This document shows, in pieces, positions 11,288 to 23,266 of a stretch of DNA of 64,000 nt. Position 1 is the stretch's first letter. Each line of letters opens with the position of its first letter. Source of the stretch: Epithemia pelagica (taxonomy: Eukaryota; Protista; Bacillariophyta); contig OX337236.1 in the NCBI GenBank assembly GCA_946965045.2, positions 744,001 to 808,000 of the forward strand, in the 5' to 3' direction. The position numbers and the translations under genes are program-made. Below the pieces are notes generated by a model that saw nothing but the letters and a program-made list of their open reading frames with translations, made no database searches and was not told the origin of the DNA.

Positions 11288-11301
11288 GATTAACAGTCTC
11301 A
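11288..11301 (+). other. Candidate primer-binding site complementary to a tRNA-Asn(GUU) anticodon arm
   Basis: GATTAACAGTCTCA directly follows the LTR. Its reverse complement TGAGA-CTGTTAA-TC has a 7-nt loop with a central GTT. Confidence 0.5.
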
Positions 11302-11325
11302 TCGTTTATTTCCGAGAAGCTTTCG

Positions 11326-12081
11326 ATGTCTCACGACGATTCCAACCTCTCTATTCGACACATCTTTCATTCCTTCCAACAAAGCGGGGAGGAACTCCAT
11401 CCACCCGTGGCCCATCCGGGCGAGCCCTTGATTGAAACTCCGAAACCGACCCCGACTCAGGCCAGTGCTCCGAATCCCTTCCAGACCCCGGACCAAGTGG
11501 TCCAGCCTCCTTCGATCCCGACTCAACCTTCGACTCCGCCTCGCCGTTTGAACCCTACTCGCACCCGACGTACGAGCCGTCTTCTTACTGCGCATATCCG
11601 ACACTTCCGCGAGCCGACTGAGTCGACTACCGACCCCGACGTGATCCGTTCCACGACCGAACGCGAGATCGATTTCCAGTCCGTCCAACCCGTGACTGAC
11701 CTTGAGGACATCCAACGACTTCTCGACCTCTTGAACCAGTGCTCGAGACGCCGTTTCATTGTCCAAGCCCTGTTGGGCAACCCTGTGGAACCCATCCGTA
11801 TTCGATTCATCTCCTTTGAACGTCCAACCAACTACTTCCACACCATCTGGATCGTCAACTCGACGACGAATCCGCTACCTACCCCGACTACTCGTCTCGA
11901 CGAGTACGTCTCCTTTGTTCACGAGATCCATCTCTGCCAGGATTTCCGTGCGACTATCTACCCTCTCTTCACTCAACACGTGAACCACTTGTTGGAAGAC
12001 GACGACGTTGAAGAACTAGCCACTACAGTGACCGATTCCGCATCTCGTCTTCAGTACCGAGCCGAAAGTGACCAAGAATAA
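11326..12081 (+). CDS. Extra 251-aa ORF between the PBS and gag of the copia element; function unknown
   Basis: ATG at 11326. Pro/Thr-rich N-terminal half and a globular-looking C-terminal half. It ends 334 bp before the gag ATG. Confidence 0.55.
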   Translation: MSHDDSNLSIRHIFHSFQQSGEELHPPVAHPGEPLIETPKPTPTQASAPNPFQTPDQVVQPPSIPTQPSTPPRRLNPTRTRRTSRLLTAHIRHFREPTESTTDPDVIRSTTEREIDFQSVQPVTDLEDIQRLLDLLNQCSRRRFIVQALLGNPVEPIRIRFISFERPTNYFHTIWIVNSTTNPLPTPTTRLDEYVSFVHEIHLCQDFRATIYPLFTQHVNHLLEDDDVEELATTVTDSASRLQYRAESDQE

Positions 12082-12415
12082 GTAACTTTACGTAGTTTCT
12101 ACACCAAACCAGACACAAGACCGAGTTCCGTCCAAGACTTAAACTCAACGCACATCCGGGTACCCTTGGTCGCACAACACGCCACACATTCCCGTCAAAT
12201 CGCGAAAATTCGGCGAAAATTTGTTGAAACTCGGCGAAAATTTGTCGGAATCAACGGAAATTTCCAGGAGTCGCACATCACAACACACATCCGGGTATCA
12301 CATACGTGGTACATACGTGGCACACGTGGTACATCCGGGTTCACATCACATCACACATTAAATAAACCACATCACACCGCACATTAAATAAACATCGAAC
12401 CAACCAAATAACATC

Positions 12416-14008
12416 ATGGAAGCGACACCTCCCAAGACACCGTTTACTCCTCCTGAGGACAAGTCAAGTCATATAACCGACCAAGATCTCTTCGATCATA
12501 TAACTAAAGGCATCTTTGGTTGTAATGATGAACGAGCCCAATCACTTCAAAAGTGGATGCGACATCATGGTTTTGAACATATCCTTCATGTCCTCGACCA
12601 TGTTGCAACTGATCCCGAGGAGACACTCAAGGATCTCATGCAATACAAGGTTGGAAAGCAAGTCAACGACCTACAGACAAGTACAAGATTACAACTCAAA
12701 CTAATGGCATATTGGTTACTACAACAACGGCAACTCCAACATGGAAAACTACCCCGTGCTACATGGATGAACCTCACGAGGGACCAATATGACGATTGGA
12801 GGATCAACACCGACTTTACCAAGTCTGGTATGAACCAAGACCCAGTTTCTCCTCTGAAATCACCTGCACACTCCGTATCATCCCGATCTCCCACTACATC
12901 CTCTACAACATCTCAATCCATGTTAGATCTCTCTGCTTTCAAGAAAGGAACCAAAAGAGATGCAACAGCATTTGAATCATTCAAAGACGAACGATACTTT
13001 GATTCGTTTTGGCGTGTATTCAAATCAACTGCGAAAGCACAAGGATTGTCGAATGTTCTTGATTTCAATTACAAGGTACCCAAGGATGACGAATGCGCAG
13101 AGTTACTTTTCCGAGAACAACAAGTCTTTGTCTATTCTGTACTTGTACGTATTATCCAAACCGACCAAGGAAGAGCATACGTTCGAGAACATGAACATGA
13201 TGAAGATGCAAGAGCCGTCTTGAAGAAACTCCATGTTTTACACACTGAATCTGATCTAGCTAAGCGAGACGTGTTACGCCTAACAAGCTACATTTCGAAT
13301 CTTCGACTGGATGACTCTTGGCGTGGTACAACTTGTCAGTTTCTCCTACATTTCCAAGAACAGCTACGACTTCTGGATAACCTTGTACCACTGTCGGATC
13401 GTATCCATGACCATACAAGGATGACCTTCCTTATGCAAGCTGTTGAAAAGGTACCTGATTTAAGACGAGTCAAGATCTTGGATAACGTTGTCAACACAAA
13501 ATCTGGAGCCAAGTCTCTCTGTTATCAATCATATTTCCGCCTGCTTCTTGATGCTGCTTTTGACCATGACCAAGCTACCCGAACTTCTGCGTCTAACCGT
13601 CGTCGTCATGTAAAGCAACATGAATTTCAGTTGGATGAACCTTTTGAACCAGTGGAGCCCCCTGACTACCAGATCAACAACACGAATATCCAATCCGAAA
13701 AGTCCCCAACTTCGTCGAAAATCAGCCTTCCAAGAGATGTATGGTTTAAACTCTCTGAAGAGGATCGGCAAATCATTGTCGACTTCAATAAATCCGTCCA
13801 AGATTCCCCGACAACTCCACGCAAGGTCCAAACACATTCTCTTGACATTGATCCTGAACCGGACCCTGATCCTGATGCCAACAACATTGGTGATACCCAT
13901 CAAGATGCACCAGAACAAGATCCATTCGATACATCCTCTGATCCGGTTACCCAGTTCGTACACCAGGCTATTGCATCGACAGATATCAATCATCCAGCAT
14001 CTGACCTC
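12416..14008 (+). CDS. gag: Copia gag (5' part of the gag-pol polyprotein), cut at codon 531 by the DNA transposon
   Basis: Typical copia gag segment (FKKGTKRDATAFESFKDERYFDSFWRVFKSTAKAQGLSNVLD...GRAYVREHEHDEDARAV). The listed C-terminus HLRREMGPGA is read-through into the TIR. Confidence 0.9.
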
Positions 14009-14730
14009 CATCTAAGGAGGGAAATGGGCCCTGGCGCTTGATTTCCACCCCCAAAAGCGAATTTCTAGAAAAAATTCACCGAATTAAAATTTTTTATGCG
14101 CAGTTTATTTTTATATGCGCAGTTTTTAACTATAATCCTGCTTTCCCAACTAAATCTGCAAATCTAGGTCGAACAATGCACATTTCTCTAGCTAGTTCTA
14201 GAGATCGAGCTGACTATCACGCGCATGCAACAATTTTAATGCGCACAAGCCCGCGATCAAACCACGAATAACGCGCGCCACACTCCGATAATGCGCACTA
14301 CAACTATCTGGCGCGCTCGACCCCCCCGAGACGCGCATGACGCAACCCTCATGCGCAAGCGTCTGTCCCCTCACCTTTGAATCACGAATTTCCACTCCCA
14401 CCACATCACACAGCAGCTGCCAGAAAGACTGACGCACATGGATGTCCCAAAGAATGTCTCAGATGGATCCTCCTTCCCAATCACCCAAACCGCGGGGATT
14501 ACCAACTCGACACTCTGATCCATCTAACAAAACCGAACAACTTAGAATACTAGTCATTCAACAATCAACGACCACCAGAATCGATGCTCATTCATCTCCC
14601 TCCACCTCCACCCAACACACCACAACAAACAACAACAGCAGCAGCAGCAACAACAGCAATCGATCACCCAACGCTATCGAGATTCCCCTGTTCAATCCCA
14701 TTATCTATCCAGCTTCTTTCATCAACCTAA

Positions 14731-15610
14731 CAGCTCTGCCATTCCAATCACGCTACAATTAAAGCGGCTTGGGGCATCTGTCTGATTGTTTCTTGGTTCC
14801 TTTTCAGCCACCTTTTTGTTGCTTGCTTTCTCTCTGCCGAGATTCCCTTTTCAATCCTTTCACCTATCCAACTTCTTTCACCAACCTAACAGCTCTGCCA
14901 TTCCAATCACGCTACAATTAAAGCGGCTTGGGGCATCTGTCTGATTGTTGCTTGGTTCCTTTTCAGCCACCTTTTTGTTGCTTGCTTCCTCTTCAGCCAC
15001 CTTCACTCCAAAACCGCTGCACCAGAAGAAGAGGAAGAGGAACTCAAGCACGGCCAGAGCATTCGAGACATTGACACTTACACTATCTTGCAGCTCTGCC
15101 ATTCCAATCACGCTACAACTAAAGCGGCTTGGGGCATCTGTCTGATTGTTGCTTGCTTCCTTTCAACCACGACCTTCACTCCAAAACCGCTACAACACTT
15201 CACTCCAAAACCGCTGCACCAGAAGAAGAGGAAGAGGAACTCAAGCACGGCCAGAGCATTCGAGACATTGACACTTGCACTATCTTGCAGCTCTGCCATT
15301 CCAATCACGCTACAACTAAAGCGGCTTGGGGCATCTGTCTGATTGTTGCTTGCTTCCTTTCAACCACGACCTTCACTCCAAAACCGCTACAACAGGAAAA
15401 CAAGAAGAAGAGGAACCCAAGAAGAAGAACGACCACCAGAGCATTCGAAATATTGTCGACATTTGTCCTATCTTTGACACTTGCACTATCTTGCAGCTCT
15501 GCCATTCCAATCACCACGCTACAATTAAAGCGGCTTGGGGCATCTGTCTGATTGTTGCTTGTTTCACTCAGCTCTGTCCTTCATTCCAATCACGCTATTA
15601 CAATTAAAGC
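14731..15610 (+). repeat. Mosaic direct-repeat array in the left arm of the transposon
   Basis: Core cagctctgccattccaatcacgctacaa(t/c)taaagcggcttggggcatctgtctgattgtt starts at 14731, 14890, 15091, 15288 and 15494, with a degenerate copy at 15569. Intervening segments are themselves homologous mosaics. Confidence 0.9.
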
Positions 15611-16251
15611 GGTTTCGGGCTATCTGCTGTTAGATTGTTTATCAAGAACCCTCCTGTCCTCGTGATACTCCGACTTGAATAGAACAGACCCAAAGCAAGC
15701 AGTGTGACACGGTGGTAGCCAGTTGCTTCTGTTCTATTCTTGTCGCGAGATTGCTTGGACAACCAACCAACCCCTGGTTTTGGAGTAGCAAATTCTGGCA
15801 CCGATTGTTGGATCACAACGAACAAGACGCTACACATAAAGCGCATCGTAGTGTATTCCTTCGATTTGGTTGTTGTTTTGTTACCACCAGAGTTCAGGAC
15901 CAAACCAAAGACGCTACACAATTCAGCGCACACTTTTTACTGTTTAGACAAGTACACAAGGTTGTCTCAAAGACGCTACAATTAAAGCGCTTCCTCGACT
16001 ACCCTTGTTGTTGTTGTTGTTGAAACAAAGACGCTACACAAAAAGCGCATCGTGACAAGTACAAAATGGCGGGCAACCGCATCAAGGGCCCTCGCTACAA
16101 AAAGCCACCGACCGCCAAGAATCCTGGTGACCCTTCCTCAATGAATGATGAAGTGCGAAACAAAAGAAAGGACGTGTCGACTATGACTGTTTCTGGTACC
16201 AATCATACACTTTGAACACACACAAGCGAGGAATCCCACTACACCGGTATT

Positions 16252-19200
16252 ATGCCCATTACATACGAAAGTGTCCTCAATTGGTATGAAAGTGTTTTCC
16301 AAGACAAATCAGGAAAATGGACAACAGTGGAGGTACCACATGACGGCCATTATGTGAAGATATTCCTACCAATCTGTTATTCGCCTGCATTCCAAGATAT
16401 CATCTGTCACTCCGTTTTCTGTTTCACAAGAATTAAGAACGAGATGGATGATGATGACAAGTTGACTCCAATGGTTGCTCGACTGTTGTTCAAAAAGACT
16501 CTCTACAGTCCTGTTTCCAATATTTGGAATCAGGCATTTGGGACGACAGTGATAGACAGTGCCGAGAATCTGAGACAAACCATTATCAGATTTCTTTCCT
16601 CTCATGGCTTAGTCTCTAAGAAGACACGCAAGGGGATCGGTGGGATTGGAGAAGCATTGAAACGATACCTTCTAGATGATTCCTCCCTTTACAGGAAACC
16701 GCGTCTCGTACCTGTTGGTAAAATCGCATGGGTTATCGAACATATGGTGGCCATACACCGTTTCATCTCAGAATCGACATCGGACGAGAACATGGACGTG
16801 ATTTCCAATATCCAAATGGAGAAAGCACTGTTGTATACGATGCCTGACACATGGTTCAAGATGTACCTTGAAGAAAGAGATTCTTTGGTACAATATGGAA
16901 GAAACGGAGACGATGGCGGTATGTTCTACGATCTACTGCATTATATAGAAAAACAAGAGGTACTGTCTGCCAGGAAATCGAAAGAAATTGCCGTGCAACG
17001 TCGGAGTACAGACTCGCCAGCAAAAAAGAGACAGAAGATCGTCGCTGGTAATGATCCTACTGACGAGAGAAAGGAACAAGTACTACCAACTTCCATTACA
17101 ACGTTGAACCAAGTCGCCCTCAAATCAGACCGTGTAGAAGAGGTCAGGAAGATTATAAGCGACGACAATGAAAAAACCGCAGACAACGAGGTAAGATGTT
17201 CGAGCGACTTGCCAAGAACCGAGAAGGATTAGACAATCTCAAAAATGATTGATCTCTTTGTCTTAGAGACGTTGTGCTTCCATAAACAAGGGAAATGAGG
17301 AGACAGGTGATGGTGTGGTACCACCGCCTTTCATTGAAATTCCACACCTTCCTGATCCTATAGTAAACCAGAAGAGAAGAAAAGACTCATGGGACTCGAA
17401 TGAATCCATCGACAACATTGGTGACGGTTACTTAGACAAGTTCGCGGAAAAACAAGCTAACAGAAACAACGAGAACATCAAGTCGGCCATGAAGCTAGCA
17501 ACCCAGTATGCTAAGAGTATGGGGAAGGACAACACGCATGTCGAAATCAAGACATTATTTAGGTGCTCACTATGCATGTCTTACAGTGGGTTGATGAATG
17601 ACCAGGACCCTACAACGCGTGTTTTGCATATCCCACATAGACATCGTCGGAGAGATCTTTGCTACAACACTTCAAGGACGGGCATGCCGATTGAGTCTTT
17701 CTATACTTGTTTGAAATTGATGGTCCATCACAACCATCAGAACCTAGTATATGTTGACAAGGTAACATTTGATGAAGCAAACAGGAACCCATTTCCTAAG
17801 AAAATTCCTATGTCATCATGGAGACAACAGGATCCAAAGACACTGATATTGGCGATCATTGCCTTGACAACAGCAACTGATGTCAGCGACCCAGCTTTAT
17901 TTGCTTTCGAAATCGACAAAAAGATACTTCATATCTACGAACCAATAAATAATCGATCAGACCAATACTGGGAAGGAACGACGCGTCATGTACTACGGAA
18001 ATGGGACCTGGTCAATACGTCAAAAGGTGCCCCGCCTGTCAGTCTATGTTATGACCCATCATTAGTGGAAGAAGATGAAACAACACATGATACAAACAAG
18101 GAATGTAACAAGTGGCGATATCGCATTGTGAAAATGCCAGAACCTAAGAAGGATACTCCAAAGCCAATGCCACAAGCTATTGTGATCAGAATGCTTGGAA
18201 ACATAATGAGTAGTCGACCAAACCCGGGTCGGAAAGAAGGTCAGATAGACAAGAGTATGACGATATCCAATTGTTTTTCGAGTAATCAAATAAGGTACAA
18301 TAATGAATTTTCGAGAGGACTAGAGCATGCTGTTGAAGGCAATTCGATTTCTCCTTTGGTGTTGGGACCTGACAATTTCGATGGCAACAGAGACGACGAT
18401 CCTGTTGAAGTGGGGTTTTCACGTGGTACCGATAAATACGAATACCAGGAGAACGTCGATCTATCTGATGGTGGGTGTTCAGAGACGTGGACTACGGATG
18501 GTGACATATTGTTCCTATCGTGCCCGAAGGTGGGATTAGAACCCAAGGAGGTGTTACTTGACTCCAAACTTTCCAAGAGAGATATAAATCGATTGCTACC
18601 GACCGTTGTATATTGTCCAGATTCTTGTGTATGCTGTAACAGGGCATTGAAAACAGATACAGACAGCGAAGTCTGTACCCTCATCCCATGTGGACATCTG
18701 GTTCACGGAAATTGCTTACGAATACGGTTCAAGTATCATAATGTATGGTGTCCCCAGTGTGGACAAAAGATCAAGAGTAACATCCACATGTTTGGTGCGG
18801 AGAAGATAGAGGGACACAAGAAAACAGCGGAAGAAACTACAACTACGAACGAGGGATTCCCTGAAGAGGGACATAGGAAAACAGTCGAAGACACTACAAC
18901 TACGATTGAGGGACGCCCTGAAGAATCATCAAAAAAATCACCTGTGAGTAACAAGCCGTCAACACTAGAACAAAGAGGAGTTGAGACAAAATACAAGCCC
19001 GAGGTTTGTTCGATTTGTATGACCAGAAAAGTGGATTGTGAACTGTTTCTTTGTAGACATACATTTTGTCGGGAATGTGTTGGAGATTGGATGCAGCGGG
19101 GCCACAACACATGTATGGTGTGCAGCCAGGATATTCAAAGTCTATTGTACTTCTGTCCTATGACACGTTCTGTTCAAAGAACATATACTCATCCTTCTGA

Positions 19201-22200
19201 ACACAAAGCAATCTATCAGTCACCAGAGGGTGAGAAGCCTAAATACCAGCAATGGGGAGGAAATAACTCATCACGTTCCGTTGCAATGCCTGCGAATTGG
19301 GGTAACCGGAGTGAGCTGCCTGAAGAAAGACATAGAACAGAGCAAACCCAACATGATAACGAAAGAACCAAGGACAAGAGAGAGAATCCACATGGACTAT
19401 GGGGAGGACGGAATCAGAACAACGTCCTGTCGACAGCTCGAAGCCCCAGAACAAATGAGTGGGGTTCGCAACCTGAACATGACAGGCCAGTGTATTGTCA
19501 GCATGGACAGAATCGATTCAATGATGATCATCCAGGATCGAGAGGATCTAATACATCAGATTATCATGGGTCTCGTCATTCACATTTCGATCAAGATAAC
19601 CAACAAACTAGAAGAGGAGTCATTGAACGACAAGACCAACATGGATACCATGATAACCACCAAGACGAGTCTAGAGGGAGAAGAGATCAAATCATGGAAA
19701 ACACTTACCGGGATAGAAAAAGAAGACATGATAATCAAAATCAATTGTCTAATCGACATTCGATGGATTGGAGGAGATTCTCTGGATACAACGAACAGTC
19801 CAGAGAACATACAAGGCACCATTCGGTATACAGAGATAGCCACAATCAATGGTCTAATCGACATCCGATGGATTGGGAGAGATTCCCTGGATACAACGAA
19901 CATTCCAGGCACCATTTATCACTTAGAGACAGTCATCCTGGACACAACGATCATTCTAGGCGTACCCGTCAGAGAGAGCCTAACCGTCCCTCAACTGATA
20001 GAGGTAATAGCCAACCAAATCAATCACCTCGTAGAGAGGGAGAAAAGGACGTTCATCACACTACTGCGAGTCGTGGAGGGCAGGATGGCCTATCCAAACT
20101 TGGTTGGAATTCCAAGGACAATCAGGAGAGGGATGATCGGAACAGACAGAGCGGTCAGAAAGCAACCTCCAGTCACCAAGATGAATGTGGACAAGGGGAA
20201 GAGATACAAACCAGAGATGGCAACGGTCCTACAGACAAACAAAAGGGCAAGGAATGTGACAAGCAAGAGATTGTTGCTTACGAACAACACGGACATTCAG
20301 GAGATAACGGGTCTAAGAATGCCAACAACACACCTGACAGTGATAATCCGTCTAGCTGTCACAATGACAGTGTCAACCAAGATGATGCGACACAAACCAA
20401 AGAAGGAAAGGATAGTACCGACAAACAAAAAGGTAGCAGCAAGAACAACGATGACCAAATGACAAAAAACGACCATAACAAGGGAAGTAGCATCAACACG
20501 ACAGCACAAACGGATCAGCGCATACAAGACGAACGAGGTACGAAGGAGATTCACGAGTCTCCAATACACGGTAATCATGACGATACTGACGAACAGAATA
20601 CTTCACCGGAAAGGAAAAGAAAAGGATGTAAGACCATTGGTTCATCCAGGGGACTACCCACGAACAAGCAACGACGACAAGAGGGCCTATCGAAGTTGAC
20701 ACTAACACATGAAACGATGAAGAAGTATATGAGACGACAGGCTGAGAAACCTAGCCATTTGACGACAAAATTCTCCAAACCAAATGAATCCGATCATACA
20801 GAAATGTGTTTTTTTGGAATTCCTGACATGGACAAGGTAGCAAAAAGACTATGCGACTTACTATCACTCTGTCTCAGTAGCAATGATGATCGGAGAATGT
20901 TCGGCATCTGCTATACAAAGGTTCTGAAAGACTACGACATCACACCAACAGACCTCCAGACAATCATGGGAAAATTACCTAACATGTACGAACAAATGAA
21001 AGACATGGTTGGTGAAGTGACGGAAGATCCAGCAAGCCATTGTTGTTTCGAAGACAACAAGCTTCATGTGACAGAATGTGACCCGAAGTTCTTAACAACC
21101 CGGTCACCATGTGCCTTCTTGGTAGAATGTGTACTGAATCGCTGTCAACGACATAAGGGACATCGGAAATACCCCAAAACCGTGTGGTCTGCGTTTGACG
21201 ATACAATCTTCCATTGTCGCACATCCAAGAAAAACTGTGATGATTGTATGGACCATATTTTCCATGACGTGATCGTTATCATCCCTTTGGCCGGTATATT
21301 TTATACTTCGGCAATGATAATGAATACTGGGTATGCAACATCGGAATGCACTTCATCTTTGGTAGCACTACCTATATCCTGGCTGCGCTTACGACATTCC
21401 GACGGCCAACCAAGTGGTGGGGCATTCCTCAAAAAGGTTGTCAAGTGTTGGTATATTGATTGGACACAAAGTGCAAAGAGAGTTGTCCATGAATGCTACC
21501 AAGCGTCTGATGTCGAAAGTGGTTCTCCACTTTGGGCCCCTGATCATTATACAAGTGAAAAGTCCAGACCAAAAATGACACCAAATGACCAACATTCTCT
21601 TAGAGTGTGGTATCGTGAAACACTGCTAAATAAAGCCAGTGCTAACAAGACTGGATGCCGAAAGTACGTTCATGGAGCATTGTATAGAAACCTGTCCCCT
21701 CCGCCTGATACTTCGGTCCGTCCGCTCCTGTTTGATGTAAGGGAAACCGGAGAAGATACAACATTCATTGTTCGGACACGTGGGTACGCGGGTAAAAACG
21801 AAACCATCAGCCATGTCAAAGTGACAACACTTCAGCAAAATGACAAAAACCTACTTTCATTGTTACACAAGAGGTCATGTCACTTCGCGCAGAGCGGTAC
21901 ACTAGAGAGATCAGCCAATGCAAGGTGTAACCATGGTGATATGGGGACCATGACATCTGTTGGTGTGTGCACAAAAACGGGTGGCAGAAGTACATTCTTT
22001 TCTGACAAACTTTTCAAAATATCTCCAAACATGATGAATATATTGCCAAAAATCTGTGGAGGTGTTCGGCGATTCTGTGAGAGGAAATTCCCTGGTGTGT
22101 TATCGGCTTTCAGACACCTGGAAACAAACTTCGGTTTGGATGTCCCAAATGAATTGGGAGGAAACGAAAGGGGTGTGTCATCATCCATCATTTTGAGTTG

Positions 22201-22588
22201 CGATTTGATGAATGCAAGCCACTATGATATTCATGATGCATCGGTGTCCTTTACAATCTGGACAGAAACCAACCCGGGCAGCACCAACGATTGGTATTTC
22301 GTCCTTCCCAATGTCCTTATAAAGCATAAGGACAAGACTTATCATGGGCTTTGTATCCGATTATTCCATGGCATTGCGATCGCATGGGACGGGAGAATCA
22401 TCAGACATGGAACATCTGTCCATACACACTCCATACCACCGAAAGACAAGAATGTGGGAAATCATACGATTGGTTGGTTTTTTAGCACAAATGCAAGATC
22501 TTTGAGTGCTACCGTAACACAAAACGAAGATGACAATTCTCATGAAATTGGAGGCTTGGCGTCGGGCCAGAAATCTAGTGACGAATAG
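16252..22588 (+). CDS. ~2,086-aa protein: RING-H2 + RING-HC + low-complexity linker + C-terminal TET/JBP-type Fe(II) dioxygenase domain (exons 16252-17190, 17267-22588)
   Basis: A 76-bp intron GTAAGA…TTGTCTTAG (17191-17266) joins the two ORFs in frame. RING1 CVCC…CGHLVHGNC…CPQC (~18626-18760). RING2 CSIC…CRHTFCREC…CMVC (~19007-19123). Dioxygenase motifs RCNHGDMGTMTSVG, SHYDIHD (HxD at 22220-22228), WYFVLPN and WDGRIIRHGTS (distal His at 22406). Confidence 0.8.
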
Positions 22589-22876
22589 AGATTTCTAATA
22601 TACAAGACCATGTCCACCTATCAGCAAAACCACTACCTACCATCAATCAATGCCTATGATACCCCAAGGGTCTCTAGAAAATTTGGAGCCATTCGAGTTC
22701 TAGAAGCATGAAATTGGAGGCTTGGCGTCGGGCCAGAAATCTAGTGACGAATAGAGATTTCTAATATACAAGACCATGTCCACCTATCAGCAAAACCACT
22801 ACCTACCATCAATCAATGCCTATGATACCCCAAGGGTCTCTAGAAAATTTGGAGCCATTCGAGTTCTAGAAGCATG
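22541..22876 (+). repeat. Tandem duplication of a 166-bp unit spanning the TET-gene stop codon; diverged partial third copy at ~22985-23075
   Basis: catgaaattggaggcttggcg… starts at both 22541 and 22707, and the copies are identical by eye. Confidence 0.92.
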
Positions 22877-23266
22877 TCTTTGCTCCATGTCCATAGAATT
22901 TTGGGACGATGGCAACACCACACCGGTAGGGTATATTGCAAGTCTTTTGGTTGATGATAGACAAGTTCAGAGCCTTTACTGTCAATGCAAATGATACCCA
23001 AATGGTCTCTACGAAAATTTGGAGCCATTCGAGTTCTAGAAGCATGTCATTGTTCCATGTCCATGGAATTTTGCAAAGCCACACCGATAGGTCAGCCCAG
23101 CGAGTGAAACGCGACCATGTTGGGGATGATTACACTTATCCTCACAGTATGTGGTAATACTTACAGTGAATAGTACAGTGTGACGATTTCTGTACACAAA
23201 CGCGACCGATCGGTTATTCGTGGATCTATTTCCAGTTGAACTCTCGTTCATATGACAGCAGAGGTT

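Noticed and set aside
14731-15610. CRISPR-like array (repeated ~60-bp core with intervening sequence)
   Set aside because: The intervening segments are 100-150 bp and homologous to each other, the context is eukaryotic, and no cas genes are present.
19230-20462. 410-aa alternative-frame ORF inside the TET gene
   Set aside because: It overlaps a low-complexity R/H/D/N linker whose codon bias depletes stops in the shifted frame; no motifs are recognisable.
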